A stretch of 64,000 nt of DNA from Oopsacas minuta (Eukaryota; Animalia; Porifera). Below are positions 12,751-24,423 of this stretch, in pieces (positions within the stretch are counted from its first letter, which is position 1; each line of letters starts with the position of its first letter). The stretch is from the NCBI GenBank assembly GCA_024704765.1, contig JAKMXF010000221.1:558001-622000 (forward strand), written 5' to 3'. Both the position numbers and the translations under genes were made by a program. The notes under the pieces are model-generated. The model saw only the letters and a program-made list of their open reading frames with translations, did no database searches and was not told where the DNA came from.

Positions 12751-13626
12751 ATTGTGTCTAATAGGGGAACAAGTAGGGAACTGTTAAGAGGGGGTAATAA
12801 TGGTCTCCTTGGGGTTAATAGCACATGAGACCTCTGGGGGTGCGGTATAGCCTCCCCCTAGAACTTTTACATAAGTAACTGACATACTTAAGTCTGCCAT
12901 TTAAAAGTGTCGCCTGCCATATAATATCAAACACATTTTTTTGTCAGTTCTTAAATGGTGTTCTCCCAAGGACAGAAATTTGTCCAATTTAGCTCTACCC
13001 AAAGAGAAATCAAGAACAAGACCCACGGCCAAATGTCCTCTCTATAAACTAATGAAAACGACACTGCTACTAATCTAATTAAAGAAGTAAACAATCTATA
13101 GATTGTAAACAATATGAATATTGAGAACAGGCTAGCCATTTATATGAGAATATATTGGCTTCTCTGAAGTTCAGATGGTGTCCGATATTAAATGGCTTAT
13201 AATATAATAGAATAGCCAATTGTGTTAATTGTATTCATGTGGACCATGGATAACTTACATGATGATAACTCGAGGAAGAAATAGGGGGTTATTGCCCCTT
13301 GGGGATTCGCATTTTGTGGTGGCCTCAATACCACTAAGCCTGCTACGCCACTGTCACTGAACAAAAAATGGGACCACATTCCGACAGTTTGGATAAGTAG
13401 CAGGGCGCTAAAATGCGCCAAAATATTCATAAACATTGAGGAATTAATTAAATCTTTAGACACAAAGACAGTTCATATCGTGACATCACTACTGGTCCTA
13501 TTACTATGATAGACGTACACAAACGAAACAAACAAATAAACAAATAAACAAACGTGACTTCTGGAAAAGTAGATCAGTTAGTAATAAAAGTAGATAAATT
13601 TGTTTCCAAGTGAGAATGATTGACTT

Positions 13627-15261
13627 TTATTTGAAGGAACTGGAATTTGAAATGGCCTCTTCAAGTGGGGAACATTGGTCCTTTGGGGTACAAGCTTTGC
13701 TAAAAACGTTCCAGAAGCGGAGTGTCTCATCGCCCGCACCGGTCACGATCGTTTGACCGTCCGGTGAGAGGGACAAGTACAAAACTCGGTTTGCATGTCC
13801 GGTCAGCTTGGCTACTTGTAGGAGAGAGGGATATCTCCAAATTAAAATCTCATTTTGTGAGAAACCATGTGTGGACACAATTTCCTGGCTATGAAGAGAC
13901 CAACACAAATTACAGACCTGTGATCCTGTGTCGATGTGGTTGAGTTGTTGACCTGTTGTCACATTCCAGAACCGGATTGTCTTATCCTGTGTTCCTCCTC
14001 CTGTAGCAAGGAGACCATATTGATGAGGAGACCACGCGATAGCTTTGATCGCGGCCCGATGTTCCACGAATTTGTGCACAGGAGCAAAGCTGTGCTCGTT
14101 CCATATAAGTAGTCGGTTATCATTGCCCCCTGAGGCTAGGTGCATTTTATCAGCTGACCATCTCAGACCGCAGACCTCTTGCGTGTGGAAATTGAGTTGC
14201 CGGACGGGACCTTCCCCCGATGAGGCTCGTGTGTCCCATTGGCATATAGATTTATCTCTACTACCGGAACATACAGTCGTGTTCTTCCATGCAAGGCTGC
14301 TTACCCGCTCAATGTGTCGGATATAGTTTGCCACGCGTTGATTTGTCTGTACATCCCAAATACTAACAATCCCCGTACGTGTACCCACACACAGAGAAGT
14401 ACCGGTCTCAGCCCAACCCACCGAAGTGACACAATCCCCTTCCGACTGGAAATCGTGCAGTTTGTTTACCTGGCTGTTAGCAGCATTCCATAGATACACA
14501 GACGTTCCTAAGCCAACCGCCAGCATATTAGAGGAGGACCAGTCCAAGAGGTTGAGGTAGTAATCGTCCTGAAGTTCAGGGGCGTCTAACACCTTGAAGG
14601 GGGTCTTAGAGATCTTCCGGGTTACCCTCTTAGGGGAGAGGAGCAGTTTTTGTGAGGAGGGTGTGAGGGGAGACAGGGAGGACGCTGTAGGACAGAAACC
14701 AGAACTAGGACGGGATAAACTGGACCTGAATTGTAAGATGGAAGGAGAGGACTGCTTTCTAGAGGGAGACATACCACACTTCCCATCTGTACTCTGTGAT
14801 AGGGTCATGGGGAGATCAGTTATGTCCGATCCTAAAATCTCATTCCTGAGGAGACACGAGTAGGTGACAGCTTCTTTATGGGACTCAGGGGAGGGTTCAC
14901 GGGGCTGTGAGCTAGATGGTGTAGCGGTCTGTTTTTGAGCGGAGTGTGATTCGTTCTCTGTGATCCCCAAGATGCTCGAAAGGATCGGTCGTGACCTGAC
15001 CGGGATAAAACGATCGCCGGAGACCGGTCGCTTCGAGGGGGACAATTCGGGAGGGGACAGGTTCAAGTTCCGCCGTATCGTGGGAGGCGTGTTAAAAAGG
15101 GTACTATGGGTCCGTTTACCAAGAGACGAGGGTCTATGAGGAGTCCTACTTTTCATTCTAGGTGTGAGAGGGGAGGAGGGGGGTGTGATAATTTTAGTTC
15201 CCCTCAAACTAAGCCTACGTTCGTACAATGGGTCCATTAGATTATCATTATAGAGAATCAA
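13627..15261 (-). CDS. FZR1: Fizzy-related APC/C co-activator Cdh1
   Basis: C-box DRFIPVR; QKLLLSPKRVTRKISKTPFKVLDAPELQDDYYLNLLDWS; WD40 repeats ending WRYPSL...GAGDETLRFWNVFSK, as in FZR1; intronless. Confidence 0.95.
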   Translation of the reverse strand: MILYNDNLMDPLYERRLSLRGTKIITPPSSPLTPRMKSRTPHRPSSLGKRTHSTLFNTPPTIRRNLNLSPPELSPSKRPVSGDRFIPVRSRPILSSILGITENESHSAQKQTATPSSSQPREPSPESHKEAVTYSCLLRNEILGSDITDLPMTLSQSTDGKCGMSPSRKQSSPSILQFRSSLSRPSSGFCPTASSLSPLTPSSQKLLLSPKRVTRKISKTPFKVLDAPELQDDYYLNLLDWSSSNMLAVGLGTSVYLWNAANSQVNKLHDFQSEGDCVTSVGWAETGTSLCVGTRTGIVSIWDVQTNQRVANYIRHIERVSSLAWKNTTVCSGSRDKSICQWDTRASSGEGPVRQLNFHTQEVCGLRWSADKMHLASGGNDNRLLIWNEHSFAPVHKFVEHRAAIKAIAWSPHQYGLLATGGGTQDKTIRFWNVTTGQQLNHIDTGSQVCNLCWSLHSQEIVSTHGFSQNEILIWRYPSLLQVAKLTGHANRVLYLSLSPDGQTIVTGAGDETLRFWNVFSKACTPKDQCSPLEEAISNSSSFK

Positions 15262-15862
15262 CCAATCAATTTGCTAGCTTTATGAATATTTATAGAAAAA
15301 ATGAATTCATTGTTTACGAAGTGTTGAGGCAAAACAAACAATAATATAATTAAGAAGGTGTGAAAAGTGGCATTTATGTATTGAAAAGTGTCCGATGAGG
15401 CAGTTTAGACACTAAACAACTGGCAGATGTTATTCTTTGACAGCTCTTTATAAAGTGGGATTATGTCACCTCGAAATGTGCCACCAAGTTGAATTGTCAG
15501 TTTTCCGTTCTGCCACTTAATGCAAGGTGTGAAGATTCCATTTCATAAAGCCGAACACCACATACTCTCTGGAGATATAGAAATATGACTCAAATAAGGA
15601 ATAGTGCCTTAGAATTGAAACCAATGAAGCGTTACTGTTGTCCATTGTATTCATATGTGTATAAATATTGGTTGCAATTTGGAAGTGATGTGACTCTATG
15701 GTCCAGTTGGTCAAGTTTCAACAAGTGCAAGTTTTGCAAAAAGGGTACGAATTTAGAGATGGACCAATCTGACCAATTTCGCTCCCTTTGGCTTGAGCTG
15801 AAAGGTGTTATTTCGAATTCTAGGAAGCCAAAACGAATTTATGTGGGAAGTAAATTCGTATA

Positions 15863-16331
15863 CAGTGAACGCCGGTTATAAGAACATCGTCGGGAACTGC
15901 ACATAAGTTCTGATAACCGGTATAGATGCCGGTTATGAAAACACTTCATTTAAACAGATTTGGATGTAGAAACCACTCTCATATCTACTAACACACTGGT
16001 AATGAGAACCAATTCGACCAATTTTAGTAATACACTAAGAGTGTTCTTATAACCGATAAAAATTCCATGGGGTAGAATACAAAAGATTCTGTAATTCAAG
16101 TTCTGGTCCTTATAACCGATAAAAATTCCATGGGGTAGAATACAAAAGATTCTGTAATTCAAGTTCTGGTCCTTATAACCGGTAAAAATTCCATGGGTAG
16201 AATACAAAAGATTCTGTAATTCAAGTTCTGGTTCTTATAACCGATAAAAATTCCATGGGGTAGAATACAAAAGATTCTGTAATTCAAGTTCTGGTTCTTA
16301 TAACCGGTGTTCTTATATCCGGTATCCACTG
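15863..16331. mobile_element. Tc1/mariner-type MITE with internal tandem amplification
   Basis: TIRs CAGTGAACGCCGGTTATAAGAACAT / GTGTTCTTATATCCGGTATCCACTG. TA on the left only. Related fragments at 28392-28512 and 30705-30800. Confidence 0.75.
16045..16310. repeat. 62-63 bp tandem repeat, about 4 copies
   Basis: Unit CCGATAAAAATTCCATGGGGTAGAATACAAAAGATTCTGTAATTCAAGTTCTGGTCCTTATAA starts at 16053, 16116, 16179 and 16241. Confidence 0.95.
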
Positions 16332-16734
16332 GTTATGTATTATTGTGTATTAGCTTACACTTGCCGATTGGACAATACGCACTAGCATCGTGTCCATAGC
16401 GTAAGGACACACTTAGCAATTCCTTAAAATAATATAAGTATCCAAGGAAGTCCAATACCAGCATTCCACACAAATCTTCCCTAGTAACAAGAAATATTCA
16501 AGGACAGAAACCAATCCCTTACTTTCCAACCCTCCTCCATGAATCCCATATTTTCTGGTGTAATAGGGGAAATAAAGTGAAACCCCAGTTTGCTGAATCC
16601 TGCCCCCTCGCCCAAATAAACATAAGAATAATAATCATTTGATCGTGTCATGAAAATACGAATTTGAATAAATGGAACTATACAAGAATGAGAACAATCA
16701 TTAAGAAAATTGTAAATGGAAGTGGTAAAAATCC

Positions 16735-19700
16735 TCAAAAATATTGTGGAATGTCTTGCTGGTAGAATTCACGGGTCTGTGGGATTGGGAAATCAGTGTT
16801 GTATTGATAGGTGAGATCTTGTTCCGGGTGATAATATGGTATCTAAGGAATGTGTATATTATTTTAAATACGTGGTTATCAACACCTTTTCACCCGTGGA
16901 CCCTCTATGCCAATTTTAACACCTTCTGTTGATCCCTCCATTAAATACAAAATTTTGAGATCCTGTGTGGACTCCAGATTGGGAAAGGTGTGAAAATGGA
17001 GTTAGTCTAGGGAAGGCTTCCCAGATTGTGGCACACGGACAATTGCAAGTGGCACATATCACAGGACAGTGGCTCATTCAGGCACCCGTCTATGCTACCC
17101 AAAAAGGTGTGAAAATATGATTAATCTTAACTTACTTGCATAGGTTGTGAATTCATTTCATAATAGCTCTGTTTATCCGGATAGAATAGTGATGGTGTCA
17201 TTCTAGAATCAGGAAACCCATGTGTATGTGATATATGTTGATTTTGCTAAAAAGTAAACAATAATAACATGGTTGTGTTTATACAAACATGAAGAAGCGG
17301 GGTAGTTCCAAGTATTAACACTTCATGGTTCCAGTTCCAAAAATACTCACCTGCATTGGGACACAATTTCCGTAATAATCCATTTGTTGTTCTTGAATGT
17401 GTCCATAATTGTTGCCAGGGTTGTAGAAGGCTAACCCGGGGTCATCTGACATGTTGTAGTAATCAAGATCACCAATCTATACAAGTAAATAAGTAAATAT
17501 CAACACGGTAGTCTGTTTGTTTGTTTGTTTGTTTGTTTGTTTGTTTGTTTGTTTGTTTGTTTGTTTGTTTGCTTGTTTGCTTGTTTGTTTGTTTGTTTGT
17601 TTGTTTGATTGTTTGATTGTTTGTTTGTTTGTTTGTTTGTTTGCTTGTTTGCTTGCTTGTTGGTTAGTTTATTAGTTTGTTTACTTGTTTGTTTGTTTAA
17701 CTAACCGGTGTAACATTTCGAGGAGCTGTTGGGATATTAGCAGGAATAGTATCCATCAATCCGCCACTAATAATCTTGTTACCATCATAGTTTCTGAATT
17801 CATTAAATTTATGCAATGTCATAGTTACATATGCTTCTATATTCTCATCTTGACACCTCTGTAAGAGTTTAACTAACATATCAGAGCAGTTGGCTCTCTC
17901 CATTTCTTGCATATTGAACTGGTCCCCCGATAATTCGCAGAGACAGGCCACGGCATGTTCAAGTACCCTCTTGCGATCAGAAAACAACAACTAAAAAGGA
18001 ATAAACACAAATAATAACAATTTAAACAAAATGGGTCCAATTTGTATTGTCTTTATTCTAATACATTATGTGGACCCCCAGCTGTTGTTCGTGGATCACC
18101 ATTGACCTCATATGACCGCTATACTGTACATAACACCTAGCAATTAACAGGGGGACATGAGGACAGGGGATCAAACTTACCCGAATAATAACTGGTATAC
18201 TATCGTGTTTTCCAATTAGATTTCTATTAACGTGATCTTTTGCTAGAACCTCAACTGTTGATAATATTAGTACCAACACGTCTTCCATGTTCACACCTTC
18301 TTGTGTCGTCGTGTTGCCATGTTCTGTTGTCTAAATATATATAAACACATATAAAACAACTCCAAAAGGTGTTATATTATTCATATGAATATAAACACAC
18401 CTTGAATAGTATTTCAATTGCTCTTCGGAGGAGTTCTACCAGTTGTGGAATTACGGATAATTTCCTAAGTTCGATTCTGTTATGAGTGCTGATTGAGAGA
18501 TTCCGTAGAAGTCCTAAACAAGCCTAAATATATATAAACATAAATAGGAACAACAAATGGATAATAGCATATTTGTAAAATATGGGTCGAGAGGGCAACT
18601 TGAGTTCCTGTTGGGTCCAATTACTCTGAATGGCCGTTGGGATCAGATATCGAAAGGTATGAAATATGAATAATCGCTAACGGGTGTCAATATGCTGATT
18701 TTGCAAGATCGCACTGACGGAGCATTCCATGATATTTCTATGACAACGCAACTTACAAAAGAATGTGGATTATTACCTTAATTAGTGTCCAATGAGTTGT
18801 ATTCAAGAAAAGTTGCAAAATCACGTCCAGGCCTTTTTGCTCTCTAACCTCATTCTGGGCGAAATCTTCCCTCTCATGTTTGGAGGTAACGTGCCTCAGG
18901 GTGCAAATAACTGCCTCTAAGAGCTCATTTATCTGTGGCGAGTTGATGTTTATGTCCCGCTTTTGTGAGAATTCCAGAACAATATACAGAAGTATGTGTA
19001 TACCGTTATGATTACAAATTGCAGTCTACAAATGACAAATAATTGATAATCAGCAAACATATGTCTAAAGTGTTTGATGTTTGTAGTAGGTTAGGAAGCC
19101 AATGGGGGTCAATGAAGATACCAGAAAAATACCCTTTTTTGAATTGAACCTAATGATAATACTTGCTCTGCTATTCATTATTTAGACTTTGTTAAAGAAC
19201 ACTTGTAACTTTCCTGGAATAGCAACTGCTATCGTGGCAAGATCTAGCAAGCACATTCTTGTCTTTTCGGATAGGAAAATGCATTCATTAACAGTCAACT
19301 CGCGTTATAACGGAGCTAAAGGGACCGCGATAATCACTTGGATATGACCGATGGAATATACGTTACTTTGGGATCATATTTGTAGAATTTAAGACTTCGG
19401 TATATCCGTGTTGGGTGTAACGGGAGTTGACTGTTACTATCAATCTTACAATTATTCAAAATAATCTAAGTAAATTCCTTAAATTCCAACTGTAACCATT
19501 GTTACCGCCCCAATTCTGGCGCTCAATAATGAGACAACATTCCAATGATGTGCTCTATAGCAACAAATAATTATTGAATCCCTCCCATTTGATTTTCTAA
19601 TTTGTCTATTGCAATGAATTTTTGTGTTTGTATCATTTTGCTAGGAATTATTGTGTATACCCCGCCCATTCAAGTCAGAAAGATTATGTAGGAGTGATTA

Positions 19701-22700
19701 CAGCAAAACGTATATGTAAATATTAGCAATTTGATATCTTGCTTTATTTCCCGATTTCCTGGGATAATTAGTAAGGAATTATTTTATTTAATCATATCCT
19801 ATACGCTGACGTTATATACAAGCTTTCCTAGTTACCACGATGGTGTTATGTCATGCTGCTAGGCGGGCGGGGGATTAATCATGAGGCATATTTGCCACCT
19901 CCCCGGGAAAATATTTCTGGATATTTTGGAGGTGAAATAGGGGGAAACATTAGGAGAATATTCAAAATTCAGAGATTTATGAAGGAAATTGTTTAAGGTG
20001 TTGGTAAGCATGAAGAGCAGTGGCGGTCCCAGCGTGAGGGCATTAGCCACCGGCATAGCCAGATCCTCAGACCATCACTCCCCATTACATATTAAGACAA
20101 GCAAAAATACTGGCACCGCCCCTGATGAAGAGAGAGGGGTCTGTTACTCACCTTATTAATGGGATTATTGCAAGTAATATTGGATAATATTCCTACAATG
20201 TACATCATACTAGTTGTATCTTCCTTCATTCGTAATAGATTCAATAGCATAGCTATTAACGACTCCAAATTATCCTACAAACAAATAAACATAAATACAT
20301 TCCACATACACTTCTCGTTGCTATGATAAATAGATTGGAATGTTAACTAACCTCTGGTCTAACTACATCAGATAGTGTCAGTAAGGGACGGAGATACAGC
20401 TGGACAATACGAGGACTGTTACTCGTGAGGTGTTTGGAGAGTATAGGAATCCCACCAGCCTATATTTGGATAATTGAATTAAGTAATTAAGTATGGAAAT
20501 GTGACGAAATGTGTCGACCTATCAGATTTGAGGGTTTATAGACTGATATTCTATTGGTTGAATAGCTTATACACATTTTAACACCTAAACTGACACTGTC
20601 TAATGGACTAGCTTACTTGTACGATAGCTTGCTTATGGTTCGGACAAGTAGTGAGGACTTTTATCAATCTTCCAACAATCCAAATTAACTTCTCAAAATT
20701 ACTGTCAGCTAGGATTTTCACAAGTAACACAGATCCGTTATAGTTGTATATTATTTGTTTTGTTTCTTCATTATTTATTGCCAGTAAATGTAAACAATCT
20801 GCTATGATAGCTAATACTCTCTCTCTGTGTCCGTTTAATAATCTGACTAGATGCTGTACTCCTCCTATGATAGTAAATTGTTTATTTATCTGTTTACTTG
20901 TGTGCGTATTTGTTTGTATATTTGTTTACTTGTTTGTTTATTTGTTTGCATAATTGTTTACTTGTTTGCTTATTTGCTTGTTTGTGTATTTGTATGTTGT
21001 TTATTTGTATTTTTGTACATTTGCTTATGTATTTATTTGTTTACTTGTCTGCTTATTCGTTTGTTTATTTGTTTATTATATACTTAACAACAAACCTCTA
21101 TTCCTGAATTCCTCCATATACACGCTGGCATTGTGACGACATCCTAGCATATTGTGTAAACACGTAATTGCAAATACAATGACATGCTCAACATCTGATG
21201 TCAACAACAACATCTAAATCAAAGAATAATAAAGACATTCATCTGAGTAATATCACAAAATTCCATAGCAACAAGAATATACCATAGTTATGTCAAACGC
21301 GTTTCAAACATTCAACACTAGATGTGATAAATAAAACTTACGATAAAAGCTAGTCCATCGCATGTGTGGATCATTTTCACGCCCAGTGGATTAACAGAGA
21401 GGGAGCTTATGGCACTAGACGAGTATTTGGCCGCTTCATCGTTAACATTGTGCCCAATAGCTTGTATCAGAGCTGTGAGGACAAGGGGAGTGGAGAGGAG
21501 AGCATTTCTAGAGGCCTCTTTCTTCGCCAAGGTGGCAATAACCTATACACATATTGATAATCATACAAAGAACTTTGTATTAATGTATTCTTGATATAGT
21601 GTGGAATTCATGGATATGATTTGGTGGTGGCAAGTTGCAGGAAAGTGTTTCATTGTGTCATATCAAAATTGTGTCGCTCTAACCAACAATTCCATACTCA
21701 CAATGAAATCAGACAAAACTAAAGGCGAAAACTTTCAAGACAAATTATGTAAATACACTTAATTCGCACTCAACAAATAACAATACAGTAACATAGCTAA
21801 TTCAATTATAGTTCTATCATCCTAGCAAAAAAGATATGAAAAATTACTGGAATCCCAAAGCGATAATTATGTCATCTTTTCAAGTTCATAATACAATCAA
21901 ATTGGCTTTATACAAATTATGTGGTGGAAAGGAATTCAACTTACCAATGACGCTTTTTCTATGATTTCTCTGTTGGTGTCTTTTAGCACTTTTAGTAGTT
22001 CTGGAATTACTTGTGTAGTAATCTCTGTGTCTGTCTATAGTAAGATATATGATAAGATATATATGAGACAACAAATCCGCTACAGACGGGAGGGAACTTT
22101 TGGAACGGAGTTGGTCTCAGACAAATGAAACTCCACAAATTAAAGAAAGGGAGACAGTTTGTACCTCAATATACAATTAAAGGACAAAAGTAATCGACCA
22201 TTTTAGGATTGCAAATATTTCGTGTTCTTATACATTAATATCCGTCAATCTCCATAAATGAATCTTGTTCACACGGTAAGTGGTCGAATACTTTTATCCT
22301 TTAACTTTATATATCTCTATACTAGGAGAATACAATTGGAACTGGAACTTAATTAGTAAACTTCATATTCCAAGAAATGAATCTTGTTTAACTCAATATT
22401 AGACAGCATAGAAGCCGGAGCATTGATATAAGGTTTTGTAGTCAAATAAGCCACCTTTTGTCAAAATGAATACAAACATATGGCACTTATATAGTCAAAT
22501 CAAATTCCATGAAAGAAACTAACAACACAGCCCAGTTTGAATTCTTGAAAATGAATATACAAAATTCGAACTTTGTTATCAGAAAATTACAAGTGTTTAG
22601 GAGCTCTGGTTTCTAAGGAAAACTTTGGAAATATGTATCCTTATTCTAACAGTTATATGCCTACCTTGTAGAGAAGGAGGTTTGTAATGGATTTTTTTAT

Positions 22701-24337
22701 TGCCTGTGATGATCTTGTCAACCGTTGGACATTTGTTTGGTGATCTGTGGGCGTCGATGCACAGTTCCTGTCCGAGTGAGACTCTGTGAATAAGGCAGAT
22801 TTTAATCTCTCCCCCTGTCCGTTTGTCCTCTTCGACCCCAAATTAGCTAAAAACAAACAAACAAGTAAACAGAATTCAGGTTTGATAATTCAATCAATGA
22901 ATCCTGAAAATTGAACTTTCTTTGATTAGATAATACTCAAATTTGATTGGTTAAGATGATTACAGCGTGACCAATCAAATCAGAGTAACTTACCAATCAG
23001 CTGATAAACACAAATGACCAGATTGTGTAATATAAATAAATAAATATTCCTCACTTTTTGACCCGTTATAGGGCTGGTGCCATACCCCTTGGACCGCTTG
23101 GTCCCATGCGTACACAACTGGACCATCAACATTGTCCTCATCGTCATCAAATCTTGGGCTGGCGGATCGGGTAACAATCCCGGAATCATGGGTTACTGGT
23201 TCTGATTGAAATTTGTCCATTACTTCTGAAGGTGCTAAAAATATATCATAAAATATGTTGTTGTCTATTCGTACTTTTACTCGGTAGCGTGGATACACAG
23301 TTGGACTTAAGGAATGTTCCGATTTATCTAATTTTAATAAATTCAGAAATGTAGGATTCGACTACAAAAATATATTTAAAATTCGGCTTGCAATTATTCT
23401 GTTTTTATATACATAAAATGCATTCAAAGTAAACCCCGAACTATAAAGGAACTTTATGAAACTAAAAACACAATAAAATACAGTAGAATCTCCGCAATAA
23501 GGCCACAGGTGCATCGGGTTACTTCTCCAGAAATGGAAGCATAGATATAATTCCACATTACAAAATGTGATGGTAGCGATGTAAGCGGACTCTGCATTGG
23601 TATAAGAAATAATCACAGATTACAACTTGAAACGTAGAAATAACAAAAGTGACAGGTAAAGAAATCGGGTCAAATTTATTTCTAACCAAAACATGACCGA
23701 TATAATTGTTCTTTTCAGGAAAAGCTGACACAAATTTTTCTTATGGCCTGCGCCATGTTTTGCGGCCAAATCGATATAATTGGAAATCAGAATTGCAGAG
23801 ATATTCCATCGAACAGACCGCAGTGTATTGTTAACATAATTACTGTGTATTATGCTCTGCAGATATGAAACCGTTACTAATTAGTGCTCAACTTGCAACT
23901 TTGCATTTTAAGTCAAATGGAAATGGAAATGTGAATACTGGCAAGAGGGTCAATTTATAGTTCCGGATCGATGGTTTAATTAGGGTATTTGGGGGCAATT
24001 ATTGGAGAAACATAATTTGTAAAATATGGAAACAAATTTGAGTTCTTAAAAGTGGAAAATTCGAATTCAAAATTTTGTTAAAATGCAACACAAAAAAGTT
24101 TGTTCATTTTTGTTAGTTTGTTTATTATTGTTTGTTGTTTGTTTATTAGTACAAATTTAATTCAACCTACAAATATTACACCCAAAAATATCAAAATTTC
24201 TGTAAAATCGTGTGAAATAATAAACAACAAAAAACTCACAATTATTAGTCCTGTGTGGAGAATACTGTCTTGAAGATGTGAAGTGGAATTGTCTGATATT
24301 ATCCTCGATTTGAGATAATCTCAGTTCGTAATCTCTC
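16735..24337 (-). CDS. CTNNB1: Divergent beta-catenin (armadillo), at least 15 exons, ~796 aa from this point
   Basis: Phase-consistent GT-AG exons: 24337-24240, 23234-23055 (DSGIVT degron), 22846-22665 (TNVQRLTRSSQ), 22034-21945, 21542-21342 (KKEASRNAL), 21213-21096, 20864-20617, 20459-20352, 20274-20152 (GILSNITCNN), 19025-18777 (LRHVTSKH..AQNEVR), 18523-18401, 18330-18181 (EGVNMEDV), 17990-17706, 17476-17351, 16842-16735. Collinear with human beta-catenin over all ARM repeats. The first and last listed exons are less certain. Confidence 0.9.
17514..17697. repeat. (GTTT)n microsatellite with GCTT/GATT variants
   Basis: About 185 bp tract abutting the donor site at 17705 of a beta-catenin intron. 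Confidence 0.95.
19291..19434. mobile_element. Tc1/mariner-type MITE, TA-flanked
   Basis: TIRs ACAGTCAACTCGCGTTA / TAACGGGAGTTGACTGT; TA at 19289-19290 and 19435-19436. Relatives at about 39410-39530 and 47400-47543. Confidence 0.8.
20018..20124. mobile_element. hAT-type MITE (107 bp) with perfect 8-bp TSD
   Basis: TIRs CAGTGGCGGTCCCAG / CTGGCACCGCCCCTG; identical flanks ATGAAGAG at 20010-20017 and 20125-20132. Confidence 0.9.
20878..21075. repeat. Degenerate (GTTT/ATTT)n tract filling a beta-catenin intron
   Basis: Imperfect TTTG/TTTA repeats between exons 21213-21096 and 20864-20617. They generate the spurious CLFVCLF-type ORFs in the track. Confidence 0.9.
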
Positions 24338-24375
24338 CTATAGATATGCAACAGATTATTAAATATGTTCTATAA

Positions 24376-24383
<8 letters not shown>

Positions 24384-24422
<39 letters not shown>
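24384..24422. repeat. (TA)n microsatellite
   Basis: Uninterrupted TA run. Confidence 0.95.

Positions 24423-24423
<1 letters not shown>

Noticed and set aside
12951-13463. Two hydrophobic - strand ORFs (62 and 88 aa) between FZR1 and ATP6V0B
   Set aside because: They could not be joined in phase, have no known motif, and do not supply an IR tail to FZR1.
15950-16310. ORF with repeated HGIFIGYKDQNLNYRIFCILP; CRISPR-like appearance
   Set aside because: Head-to-tail 63-bp units with no unique spacers inside a MITE, in a eukaryotic context.
20744-21136. Four overlapping hydrophobic + strand ORFs (CLFVCLF...)
   Set aside because: Translations of GTTT microsatellite, antisense to beta-catenin exons and intron.
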